Shown here in pieces: positions 52,328 through 64,000 of a DNA stretch of 64,000 bases. The stretch is taken from positions 75,888,001 to 75,952,000 of the forward strand of contig OX597817.1 in NCBI GenBank assembly GCA_951406725.2, in the 5' to 3' direction. This DNA is from Octopus vulgaris (Eukaryota). Each line of letters opens with the position of its first letter. Position 1 is the stretch's first letter. Below the pieces are notes generated by a model. That model did no database searches and was not told where the DNA came from. It was given only the letters and a program-made list of their open reading frames with translations. Made by a program: the position numbers and the translations under genes.

Positions 52328-53059
52328 ACATACACACACACAGAGTCACATATATACATAATTTCTTTCACGCTAGGCCACTGGAAGTGAACATTTCTAT
52401 TAATTTCCATTTCCCTTCGATATGATTAAGTATTGTAAGGTTTTGGATAATATTCGAAGTTTAAAAGTTGGCATTTTTTGTTGCCGAAGAGGAGCTGCGT
52501 CTGCGCAGTAGATTTTGAAAAAATTAGGATGTATAAACAAGAGGCATATAATTGATTACCTCGTGTTTTATATATATTTAATCTAAGGTGTACCTGTTGA
52601 CGACGATTTCACCTAGCGAATATTATTTTATTTGCTAAACTAAAATCAGAAATCAATTGGTTCAGGAAACTAGATGGTAAAAGTTTTTATTTTTTCATTT
52701 CGTTCCTTTCGGGATTTTATCCCTAATTTTGTGGTTATGGAACCTAGGTGTTCTTTCTAGCCTGATGAATCCCACGAGTGGATTCCTTATGTGTTTAAAT
52801 GTACACTGTATTATATATATATATATATAGTGAATCCAAACAAAGAAGAAGAAACAAGGAAAGACAGTAACGCGAGGACGTGGTACAAGTACTGTATTAT
52901 CAGACGCTCAAGGAACATAAGAGGATACACAAACGCACACATATACATATATAATTCAACTTATGGAATAAGCCCATAAGTGTTTTGTGTAGAAATATAG
53001 TTGCCTTGGTCGAAGATTCAAATGCGGCTGAGGGACTGAAACAAAAAATCGCAGTAAAA

Positions 53060-53455
53060 CAAAGTTGTACACATATATTTAAATCAAAATGAAATGTACC
53101 GTTCGCGAAAAAATTTCCCGCGATAAAAGGTGAACCTTGGAAAAAAAGTAGATGATCCATGGTCGTTGCTACATATCGATGCAGCGAGTCCTTTAAATGG
53201 TTCTTATTACTTAGTGGTAGTTGATAGTTTCTCGAAATGGCCTGTAATTGTTAAGTGTAAAGAGCCAATCACCTCATCTGTGATAAATGTTTTACATGAA
53301 TTGTTTGGAAGATTGACATCCCAGACGTAATAGTGTGTGACAATGGAATGCAATTTGTGTCTAGCAAATTCAAGAAATGTTGTGAAATGTTCGCGGTAGA
53401 GCATAACTACGTCGCCATAGCATCGCAGATCTAATGGACATGCAGAACGTTTTAT
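53060..53455 (+). mobile_element. Gypsy-type LTR retrotransposon integrase fragment
   Basis: PWSLLHID, YYLVVVDSFSKWP, IPDVIVCDNGMQF, SNGHAERF (rve D,D,E motifs). Confidence 0.88.
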
Positions 53456-53479
53456 TGTGGGCGTATCAATATACTGACA

Positions 53480-53960
53480 TGTAAAGGATATAACAGTGAC
53501 GAAGAAGGATATCAAAAAGCCCATTCGAGTAGGGAGCACTTGTTGAGTGAGTTGTATCCAGGTATAGATGGTTTATCTAGGGTTCCTTGAAGAAATTTGT
53601 CCAGATTCCGTTTAAAGGGATCCTTTTCCTCTATGATCTGATTTGGGACAATATTAAATAGTGCAGGGCTTGTTGAGAAAAAGAATTTGTTGCAGTGTAT
53701 TTATGTGTTGTGATCCTGAATTGGGTAGTGGACGTATGGCCCTAGGTTCTAGCCATGGATGAATTCCGAAACTAATGGTGAGGTCGTTTGGGAAATGCTT
53801 GTGATATATTCTCCACAAGGTGCAAATAATGTATCACTCACGGCGGCGCTGGAGCGAATAGAGTTTCAATGCTTTAAGGCGGTCCCAATAATCGAAATCA
53901 GTCATGCCCTTAATTCTTTTAGGAAATGCCTTCTGGGATGATTTAGTTTTTGAAATGTTT
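53480..53960 (-). mobile_element. CR1-group LINE ORF2 3' end
   Basis: RIKGM..DYWDRLKALKLYSLQRRRE; PALFNIVP; FKRNLDKFL. Confidence 0.85.
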
Positions 53961-54086
53961 GGTTTTGCAATGGGTGAACACAGGAGGGCAGGAATATTCG
54001 AAGTGTGGGCGTACAAAGGAAGAGAAAAGAGGAATGATGACGTCTTGTTCTCTGGACATACTTATATATGTATGTAAGTAAGTATA

Positions 54087-54138
<52 letters not shown>

Positions 54139-54835
54139 ATAATATGTGTATATATTTATAAGTATATGTATATGTACATATACACACACATTCACACAGA
54201 GACACACAAATAGACGCACACGCAAACACATACACACATGCACAAGTGTGCATCTGTGATTCTCTTGTGAACTGAGAGGGGATGCTGATTGTCTTTATTT
54301 GTTTTAGCGCCTTATAATTTTATGCTAGTTCCCAATCACATTCATATATTTACAGATTTTGCTTTCATTTCAGCTTTTCAAACCATCTTCCTTTGGTTCC
54401 AGTGAGGTTGCGGCTGTAATTAATTGTGGGTATATCTATGAAGACAAACGAGATTCTTTGTAATTCCTGGTCGTCGCGTTCACCAAAGAACTTAACGATG
54501 GCCATCACACATTCTGTAATGTGAGATCAGACCGTCGCCATATTAATCATGTTGGATAAACACTACAATTCATCATTTCCACGGCGCCATATTGATTGAT
54601 TCGCTTATTTCGTTTTCTTCTTTTCTTCATAAAGAGGAGGTTAAATTTCTTTCATACTTTGTTCCTCCATAGCAATAATAACTAATTAAAATTCAACAGT
54701 AAAATTGAATTTAACCGATGTATTTCCTAGTAATGAAAACCTTGAAAGTTATAATATGCCAAACACATAAATGCAATTACATCTTAACTGGATCTGTTTA
54801 GTGGTGTACCGACCTTAATAATATTTAAAAGTAAC

Positions 54836-55052
54836 ACGGCGAGCTGGCAGAAGCGTTAGCACGCCAGGCGAAATGTGTAGCGATATTTCGTCTGTCATTA
54901 CGTTCTGACTTCAAATTCTGCCACGGTCGACTTTGCCTTTCATCCTTTCGGGGTCGATAAATTAAGTAGCAGTTGTAAGCTGGAGTCGATCTAATCGACT
55001 GGACCTCTCCTCCAAAATTTTGGGCCTTGTACCTAGAGTAGAAAAGAATATT
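54836..55052 (+). mobile_element. SINE family A monomer, tail B
   Basis: Full head and body; TSD-like TATTTAAAAG on both sides. Confidence 0.9.
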
Positions 55053-55242
55053 ATTTAAAAGCATCAAAAGAAATACGTATTTAATATGTCACTCAGCCCT
55101 CTCTATCCCATCTCTGATTTAAAAATGGTGTTTCGATTCTCATTAACAATCTGAGATTCAATATCATATTCATGGGCGAAATACGTATATGTAATTAGGA
55201 GTTATATTGATATTCATTACTATGGAATGAACACAATAAATG

Positions 55243-55730
55243 ATATTCTTTACTACTCTAATCACAAGGCTCGAAATTTTTGGAGAGGGGGCTAGTCGAT
55301 TAGATCGACTCCAGTATGCAACTGGAACTTAATTATCGACCCCGTTCGGCCGGCGAAACACAATAAATAATATTCTACAGCTGAATAAGGGAGCGGGCTG
55401 GCAGAAACGTTACCACGCCGGGCGAAATGTGTAGCCGCATTTCGTCTGCCGTTACGTTCTGAGTTCAAATTCCGCCGAGGTCGACTTTGCCTTTCACCCT
55501 TTCGAGGTTGATAAATTAAGTACCAGTTACACACTGGGGTCGATATAATCGATTTAATTCGTTTGTCTGTCCTTGTTTGTTCCCTCTGTTTAGCCCCTTG
55601 TGGGTTGTAAAGAAATAGGTATTTCGTCTGCCGATACGTTCTGAGTTCAAATTCCTCCGAGGTCAGCTTTGCCTTTCATCCTTTCCGGGTGGATTAATTA
55701 AGTACCAGTGACGCACTGGTATCGATGGTG
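55243..55730. mobile_element. SINE family A cluster: tail B fragment on minus (55243-55345) and dimer on plus (55388-55730)
   Basis: Junction GAAATA|GGTATTTC at 55617/8. Confidence 0.88.
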
Positions 55731-55762
55731 CTGGAACAAATTCAGACACGAAGACGGACTCT

Positions 55763-55849
<87 letters not shown>

Positions 55850-56005
55850 AAAGGCTTCTTTCAGTTTTTGTCTATACACTTCACTCACAAGGGTTTGATC
55901 TGCCCGAGGCTATAGCAGAAGCCACTTGCCCAAGGTGCCACGCCATGGGATTGAGCCCGAACCCATGCGGTTGGGAAGCAAGCTTCTTGCCACACAGCCA
56001 CGCTT
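55850..56005 (-). mobile_element. SINE family B, 5' half
   Basis: Reverse complement of head and CORE-like segment. Confidence 0.85.
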
Positions 56006-56360
56006 CACCGTTGAAATTGTACACGAAAACATAACCTACGCGTTGTGGTTTTCTTTGCCATATACGTTGTTTGACCCGTTTTATATTCCATTAAACTCGT
56101 TCACCATTATTCTTTCCGTTAAGCACATTCTGGTAAGATGCTACAATATCAGTAATTCAACCTTGCTAGACTTGTCTCCTCGTTGTATTCTATTTACTAT
56201 TGTTTCCTGGTAATTGCCATCAGGAACCAAGTCTCTTTATTGAATATTGTCCTCACATCATTCTCCTACCTTCCCTCACTAACTCTCTGCACCTCGCGAT
56301 CTCCATCCACTTCCTTTTGTATCTCTCCCTTCTCCCTCCTTTCCTACTCACAACCCATCA

Positions 56361-56395
<35 letters not shown>

Positions 56396-56674
56396 CCTCA
56401 GGCATTCTTTGTTTTTCCTTCTATTTCATTCACGACGTTCTTAGCCAGCATTAATCTGTGATTCCCAATCAGATGGATAACAATTCTGCGTTCATATTTT
56501 AATGATCAAGCAGTCATCAAAAGGTCCACTAGACGAAGTGATGAATGCAATAAATGCTCCTACGACCGTATTCTAGAGCATTGGCCTACATTCACTTGGA
56601 AGGTGAACGTTTGTGGATCTGCAAACTCACTCACTCACTCACTCACTCACTCACTCACTCACTCACTCACTCAC

Positions 56675-56767
<93 letters not shown>

Positions 56768-56796
56768 ATATCTATCTATCTATCTATCTATCTATC

Positions 56797-57357
56797 TGCA
56801 TCTAAAAGGATTGGAGACAAACACTTTCCTCTCTGGTCAATCTCTCATCAACTTCTTCAAGTACCACTTGAAAAGGAAAGTGAGAGTAGAGAGGCAAGTT
56901 TTGTCTAGCGAATGTTTTAAAAAAGATGGGTGAATGTAACAAGAATGGCACGTATGAATGACGAAGCCACCTTGAGCATGATCCTATGAACCCAGAAATT
57001 GAAAACAGAGAGTTGCTTATTCGCAAAAAAAAAAAAAAAAAGAAATATAACATGTGACTCCATTGACCGAGGTTACCGTGGTCTTTTCCGTAGGCTTTTC
57101 TTTCCAAGGGTAAACCTCACCTGTCCTCCTCTTTACACTTCATATTGACATTTCTGTGATAACGATCCCTATTGATCAATTTTTTTTTCCTCACCCCTTT
57201 TTTTTAACCCCCTTTTTTTTGTCCTCTTTCTCTCCTTTTACGATCCCTTTTGATCGAAACTCCCCTTCCTTTTTTTTTTTTTAAACCTTCAAAAGAAAAG
57301 CTCTACCTTGTAATTTGTTCTATCTGTGTGCAGCCCTGTGTGGCTAATAAAGAAACA

Positions 57358-57358
<1 letters not shown>
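56797..57358 (+). mobile_element. 5'-truncated LINE 3' end (Tx1/L1-like) embedded in (TATC)n
   Basis: SLINFFKYHLKRKVRVERQVL..CFKK-WVN C-terminal-like peptide, pyrimidine-rich 3' UTR, AATAAA; (TATC)n on both sides. Confidence 0.75.
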
Positions 57359-57427
<69 letters not shown>

Positions 57428-57439
57428 CCTACCTCCTGC

Positions 57440-57506
<67 letters not shown>

Positions 57507-57525
57507 CCTACCTCTTGCCTACCTG

Positions 57526-57574
<49 letters not shown>

Positions 57575-57575
57575 A

Positions 57576-57613
<38 letters not shown>

Positions 57614-58373
57614 CTTACCTATCTATCTAATCGTTTTTACTTGTTTCAGCTAGAGAGGTGTGCCAATGATGTGGTAGCGCCAATTTAAATACACGCACGC
57701 ACGCACAGACACAGACACAGACACACATGCACACATACACACACACACACATACACACACACACACACATACACACACACACACTCACACACACAATAGC
57801 CTTTGAAACAATGCATCGTCGGGAAAAAGGAATTTAATTTCCGAAATCTGCGTCCGAAAGAGAAAGTCGTTCGTAAATGGTAATGAAAACTATAATATGC
57901 AAATGAGAAATAATTCAACATTTTGATCGACAGCTCTGCCACTCACTATGTCTCACCATCAATCCCCCTCTCTATATATTTACCATACTCTTTGAAACTC
58001 ATCCTCTCAGTATATGTATTAATTGTCAGGCAAAGCTTTCAATTGGTTTAAGACCTCGTCTTGTAACGTTTACTTTCAATTTATAATACACAGCTTATCA
58101 CACACAAAATTCTTAGCTTCGAAATCGTGTTTTCTGATTGAGTTAAAATGATCAAACTTTAAACTTTTCTACCATTTTTCTAAAATTTATCTGGAAAAAG
58201 TGAATCACAAACTCGGATTCATCGCGAAAAAATGTATGAAAATACCAAATTTGAAAGCTTTCACTTAATTTTAAAAATTGGAAATTTGTGATCTCTCTCT
58301 CTCTCTCTCTCTCGCTCTCACTATTTGTCTATCTCTCATTTCCTCGTGGTAAACTTTCTCATGCTCTATAAAA

Positions 58374-58604
58374 GTATATATTTCTTTATTGCACACAAGG
58401 GGCTAAACATAGATGGGACAAACAAAGGAATTAAGTCGATTACATCGACATCCAGTGCGTAACTGGTACTTTATTTTATCGACACCGAAAGGTGGAAAGG
58501 TAAAGTCGACCTTGGCAGAATTTGAACTCAGAACGTAACGGCAGACGAAATACCGCTAAGCATTTCGCCCAGCGCGCTAACGTTTCTGCCAGCTCGCCGC
58601 CTTA
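58374..58604 (-). mobile_element. SINE family A monomer, tail A
   Basis: 15-bp TSD TCATGCTCTATAAAA at 58359-58373 and 58605-58619. Confidence 0.93.
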
Positions 58605-59337
58605 TCATGCTCTATAAAATTATATAGCTCATGCTGAGTCTGTGTGTGTTTGTCCCTCTGTGTGTGTGTGTTTGTGTGTGTATATGCATGTATATGTGTG
58701 TATGCATGTGTGTAAGGAATCTAAAAGAATTACTTTTATTGCATAGTTGTCTGTTATTAAACGTTTTTTCTTACAGCCCCCTGCGCACACACACGGGCTC
58801 TCACATACATACACACACTGACATTCACACGGACTCGCTTATGCGGCGTGGGGTTGTTATAGATTTAAATAACAGTTTTCGTTGTTGTTGTTGCTTGAAT
58901 CTCAGTAATGGACCACTGCATCATCATTCCATAAAAAGTGCTTTTGGGGAGAAGAATATTGGAAAACTCTAGTACATGTCAGAGTGACAAAGAAATAAGG
59001 AAGGTATCAGATGGTCGTTGACTGCTCTACAAACAACATCTAAATCTCCCTTAAGTCATCTTTTCGTATGAAAATTATTTTGAAGTTATAGACAAACGAA
59101 TTGCAGATTTAAAATTATGATTAAGAAACTTCGAAAAAAGCCTAAGTTTTAGGATTTGTTTTAATGAATAAAAAAAAAAAATTCACTATTGTTTTTAAAT
59201 TACGTTTTATTTCCTGCTAGGAAATAAATCAAGTGTGAATTGTAATGGTGATCGCCGTTTTTCAGATTTTCTCTTTTAACCTTCAAGGTTTCTCCCATCA
59301 CTTTCAAAAAATGGACTAAAACGAACGAAATAAATGA

Positions 59338-59409
<72 letters not shown>

Positions 59410-60206
59410 ACATGCACACAAACACAGACATACACAAATATATATTCTACATGTATTTATCTATCTATCTGAATTTCTATATATTTTTTTCCAAAATATT
59501 AAAAATTTTTCTGGCGTGGCTACACTTTTGTAGCGAAGATAATAACATAGATCGAATCAACTACAACATTTTTGGTGTACTGATTAGTCATTAAAAAATA
59601 AGGGCATTGCAGAGCCTTTAAGACTGGTGAGAGAAAACAACCTTCAGTTCCGGTTACTTGCAATAGATTAGACTTAAATTTACTTTGATTAGTGCCGTTA
59701 AGTAATGGTATGTAGCTGGGCAACGTATTAATATCACAGACAGAAGAATATGTATAGAATACCTAACAGTCTTGTCCTCAGTTTTATGTCACCACAATTT
59801 CATTTGCCTCGAATTTACAATAGAAGATACTTTTGCAGGCATCCGCATATTGAAATCGAACCCGAAGCCACGTGATAACCAAACGGACTTTTAAATCATA
59901 CATCACACCATAGCGATCGTACACTGGTAATTACTTTGCCGAGCTCAAAAGTCTGAAATGTAGTATTGATGCCGAAAAGATTTGAATTTCGAAAATACTA
60001 AAACATTGGAAATGGTAATTCAATTAGGAATAGTTGAGTTTGATATTACTTTCAATCAATCCCCTCTTTAATTCATTATTTTCCTTATCAACATGAAGTA
60101 TTTTCGGTTCTATCGTCTTCCTGTGCATGATGAAGTCTGCAATAGGCCTAGGTAAGGACATCTCCGCTGTTAAAAGGCTTCTACATAAGATGCTTTTTAT
60201 TATCTT

Positions 60207-60642
60207 GGATCTTTTCGGTTTGAACGGCAGTTTTTAAAAATAATTTCCACGTAACTAAACACTTTTAAACTTCGTATACTGGTAGAATGTGTTTATAAAA
60301 CATCTTTTTGTCTTGACTTTATTGAGAAAATTCTATAGTTTGTAAGATATTTGTTGTCTTTTTTCTTCAATTTCTGCAATTTCAACCAATCAATGACGTC
60401 TATTGAGGTGAAAACATTCTGTGCCGTATGAATATGTCCCTTGTTTAAGAAACAGATTGGGTTTATTTACATTTCTGAAGAAAAAAGACACCCTTCCCCC
60501 ACCCCTAACCCTAACCCTAACCCTAACTAACCCTAAACCTAAAACAGATTGAAATGCAATAGATCGATACTAGGGTCATAATTATGGGTGACAATTTCAT
60601 ATCACACCGCTAAAGAAACTGCCGTTCAAACCGAAAATATCC
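60207..60642. mobile_element. Non-autonomous DNA transposon with an 8-bp TSD and internal (CCCTAA)n
   Basis: TIRs GGAT(C/A)TTTTCGGTTTGAACGGCAGTTT; TSD ATTATCTT / CTTATCTT; CCCTAA repeats at about 60502-60542. Confidence 0.85.
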
Positions 60643-61689
60643 CTTATCTTAAATATGGCTCACCTATCCAGTAATCAATTCAAGATGATCAGTTATATAT
60701 AATTTGATATTAATGTTTATGGAGGGGAAAACTCCTCTAATTGTTATAGGACTTCATCGAAAAGTTTCCACTAAAGTGAAACCTGTGGTACACCTATATA
60801 ATAATTGCAGAAAGATAGAAATCTATCGTCGGTTCACTTCAACCTGGTTTAGTCTGCCTGACAATGCCAGCGCCAGCGCCAGGGTGTGGTAATCTGTTAT
60901 ATGTAGATAGTTCGTGATACCATAGGTGATTGATGGGCGTCAGAAAATGTACTGAATTTTGTCATTGGTAAGGAATGTTTTCATTTCTGAGCATTAAAAA
61001 AACTCTTGAAATAGTAAGCAAACTTTCCAAAGGTTCGACTTGACTTTATTGACAACACCCTCTAAATTCCAATCTAGATAGCCTTCCGTTAAAAGTAATT
61101 TATTCCAATCTCCTAAAGAAGTATTCGAAACAGTTATAGTTCTTCAGATAAACATGTTCCTGAAGTGTCTTGAAATAGTCAATCTTCTGTGAATTTCGAG
61201 TGTGTCCAATAGCCAATCCCTAACTAATATTAATGGCTACCCAGTTCCAGTATTCCAGTACATTAAGCTAAACCTGCACTTTATGGAGTTATTTATTGGC
61301 TCTAGGCTTCCCTACCCTTCAATTTCATTTCCAAATAGTTTCATTAATCATGATGACCTAAAGCTTTCTACAGTTCAATGGTGCTTTCTATTATTGTGAT
61401 TGGTTGCAATGACCTTTGTGTCTTACGCTTCAACAGCATGATGGAGGTCTCACAAAAGTTCACACATCATCGATCAAATGGTTCTTTCGTATTATTATAA
61501 CCAAACATTTTGTCAGTGTCATAAAGTGGAAAGGACACATTCACATGCATTCAGGCTTATACATGGACGTCTTTTGATTTCTGTCGTGTGGTGCGTGCAT
61601 GAAACTCGAGGTAGTTTGTCAGGTATCTACAAAGGTAGGAGCATCGAAAAGGGAAAATATTTTCTGTAGGTTAAAAAAAAGAGGTAAAG

Positions 61690-61915
61690 TTATCTTCTCG
61701 AGTCATGTCGAATCATAAGGGCCAGTTTCTCGGTTTCCATGGAGTATGAATTCTCCACCTGGACAGGGCGCCCGTCCGTCGCAGGATTACTAATTTTTGC
61801 TAACTGAGTGAACTGGGGTGTTTTGCTCGAGAACACAGCGTGGCACTAGGTTCAGGAATCGAAACCACAATCTTACGATCATGAGTCCAATACCCTAACC
61901 ATTAAACCTCGTCCC
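61690..61915 (-). mobile_element. V-domain-like tRNA SINE related to family C
   Basis: Minus strand: TAATGGTTAGGG head, GGTTTCGATTCC B box, CCTGCGACGGACGGGCGCCCTGTCCAGG. Confidence 0.78.
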
Positions 61916-63074
61916 TCCTGTAGAAGTCCAACCAATCTCTTTCTAGGAGAACTCGTCCGCCACTGGCTCCTACCAGGTACCTACTTAACTGTAGCACCAC
62001 GAGCAATACGCGCGCAGCAATGCAACATTTCCCGGGATACGATATTAGCAAGTATTTTAAGCCAAGTTGAAGGCAGCCGATGTATTTTAAACTTTCACTC
62101 CACTCATGTAAAAACTGAATTTTCAGTGTAATGTTTGTTGCTGTAGGACGTGTACTTTCGAACTTGCATCCCTGTTATACGTCCCATTATTATACGACCC
62201 TTTATTATCCATAGTGTCTCTGTTATACATCCACAACTGTTTTGTGTGACTTGCCACTGAACCAGAAAGTTAAAGGTGAAGGAGTAATGCAATCCTCCCT
62301 CACTATGGTGCAAGTTCATTGCAAGTTAGACCTTGAACTTCTTCAAACTAAAAGTAGACAGCCTATATTTCGTCGCAGCGTTCGGTTATCATGTGTATCT
62401 GCGTCATCGAAATATCACCAATATCCTTTGTTTCATCGCTCAAAAGGTTTAAAATTGACAGGAAGAGTCATCACTACACAGTCCATTGAGCAGTTACACT
62501 ATTCAATGATGCAATTTATTAGAACTGGTTTCTTACCTTAAAAACAAAATGACATAGAAAATAAATAACTGCTTCTACCAAGTTTGCATAAATCATTATT
62601 ATTTGATAGATTAATTTCCACCAATCACTGATTCAATATTCTTACTACCCTCGATGTTAAGTACTGTATTGGTAAATTACATACACTCAAATTATGTCCC
62701 TTGTTAATCGATGTGGGTTTTATTTTTGGTTCCGATTGCAAGCTATTTTAATTAAACTATTAATGCACTTCAGAACGAACATCATCCAATCTATTTTTGG
62801 CTCCGAAAATGTAAGTTTACTTACTATCCTATCTTATGGATTTATATAGATTATAGAAATTATTTTATTAACGTTTATAAGCGGGAACCGTTGAATGTAG
62901 TTAGGTTCTGGGAAAACGATGGTCAGTACTTAGTTTGAAATTACTTTTATTATAGTGAGATATCAATCCTGTTGCTTATACTCTTTATAAATATGGATTT
63001 CATTTTGTTTTCGCCTTCTACAACTGGTTCCATATATTGATTCCGTCAAGTAAATATTCTATTAGATTATTTAA

Positions 63075-63400
63075 AAATAATGGTTTGAAATTTTGGTAAT
63101 GGGTCAGCATTTGTTTGTGGTGGGGGGAGGACTGGTACTTATTTTAATGACTGGTACTTGTTTTATCGACCCCGAAACGATGAAAAGCAAAACCGATTTC
63201 GGCGGAATTGGTACTCAGAACGTAAAGACGGACGAAATGTTGCGAGGAATTTTTTCGGCGTGCTGACGATTCTACAGGCTAGTCGCCTTAATTTATTCAT
63301 AAAATAGATACTTTCTAATACAGGCACAAGGCCTAGAATTTTGGGGTAGAGGCAAGTTCATATTTTATCGACGGAATCTGAACTCAGGACGTAAAGCTGG
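63075..63400 (-). mobile_element. Diverged SINE family A copies (tail B)
   Basis: ACTGGTACTT..TTTATCGACCCCGAAA, CACAAGGCC tail. Confidence 0.75.
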
Positions 63401-64000
63401 AAGACTTGTGTGCCAGACTTGTATATCTATTGCTTAGAGCAAAGAATGTGATATATGCTCAATATCAGAGATATGAAGCAAGGAAGCTTTGGCTTACAAC
63501 CATCTCTCTTTATGTAGGCTTTTTCAGCGTAGAAATGATTTGCGCCTAATAATCTCTATATACCTGAAGAAACCCAATCTTTATGTCATTGCCTATTGAT
63601 TGTTTTTATATATTCAATTTAAAAAATGTGCGAATATGCGCTAAATATTTTATATATTTGTGGTGCAATGTAGCTATGCCTCATTGTCCTTACTTTTTAA
63701 GAAGCAAGTCTTCACAATCATATTGTTAAATGTTTTACTTTCCATAAAGTAACGATACTAGAAAACCGAGCAGATTTCAGAAAATTATTGGAAAAGAATT
63801 AATTATTTGTTAGACAAGGAAATTGGAATCTTATTAAGATGGTGAACGCTTTTCTATATTAATAGAAACCCAGCGTGTAATTCATAAAATTAAAATGAAT
63901 AGGTCGTAATCTCAATCATATTCAGTTGTTAAACTCTTACTAAAGATCTCGGAAAGACATGAACAACTCGTGATTTTATGTCACTTTCATGACACTATGT

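Noticed and set aside
52755-52790. CTGATGA followed by an ATCC/GGAT hairpin (half hammerhead)
   Set aside because: No GAAA or cleavage triplet follows; at best a truncated relic.
60502-60542. Telomere or chromosome-fusion relic
   Set aside because: Repeats are few, degenerate and lie inside a TIR/TSD-bounded element.

Overview
This is AT-rich, repeat-saturated eukaryotic DNA. The SINE families, Tc1/mariner load and extreme (TA)n/(CA)n/(TATC)n density look like a coleoid cephalopod (Octopus-type) genome; that assignment is pattern recognition, not a database result. I find no convincing host protein-coding exon, so this is probably a large intron or intergenic region. Nearly all long ORFs in the track are microsatellite translations or broken transposon ORFs. 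Content: several Tc1/mariner elements (one near-intact with TIRs and TA TSD), CR1-, R4- and Tx1-like LINE fragments, a Gypsy integrase fragment, a 164-bp solo LTR, several MITEs/fold-backs, a decayed tRNA-Leu, and more than 25 copies of at least three tRNA-derived SINE families. Three signals stand out. (1) A Penelope-like (Naiad-type) RT fragment that the ORF track misses. (2) Four minimal type-I hammerhead ribozyme motifs, one with a fully intact core. (3) A SINE that forms head-to-tail multimers with the same junction (GAAATA|GGTATTTC, at its tRNA-like anticodon arm) six times at four separate loci, three of which have a TSD around the whole multimer; this suggests self-targeted or circular-template retroposition. 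All coordinates were read by eye and may be off by a few bases.
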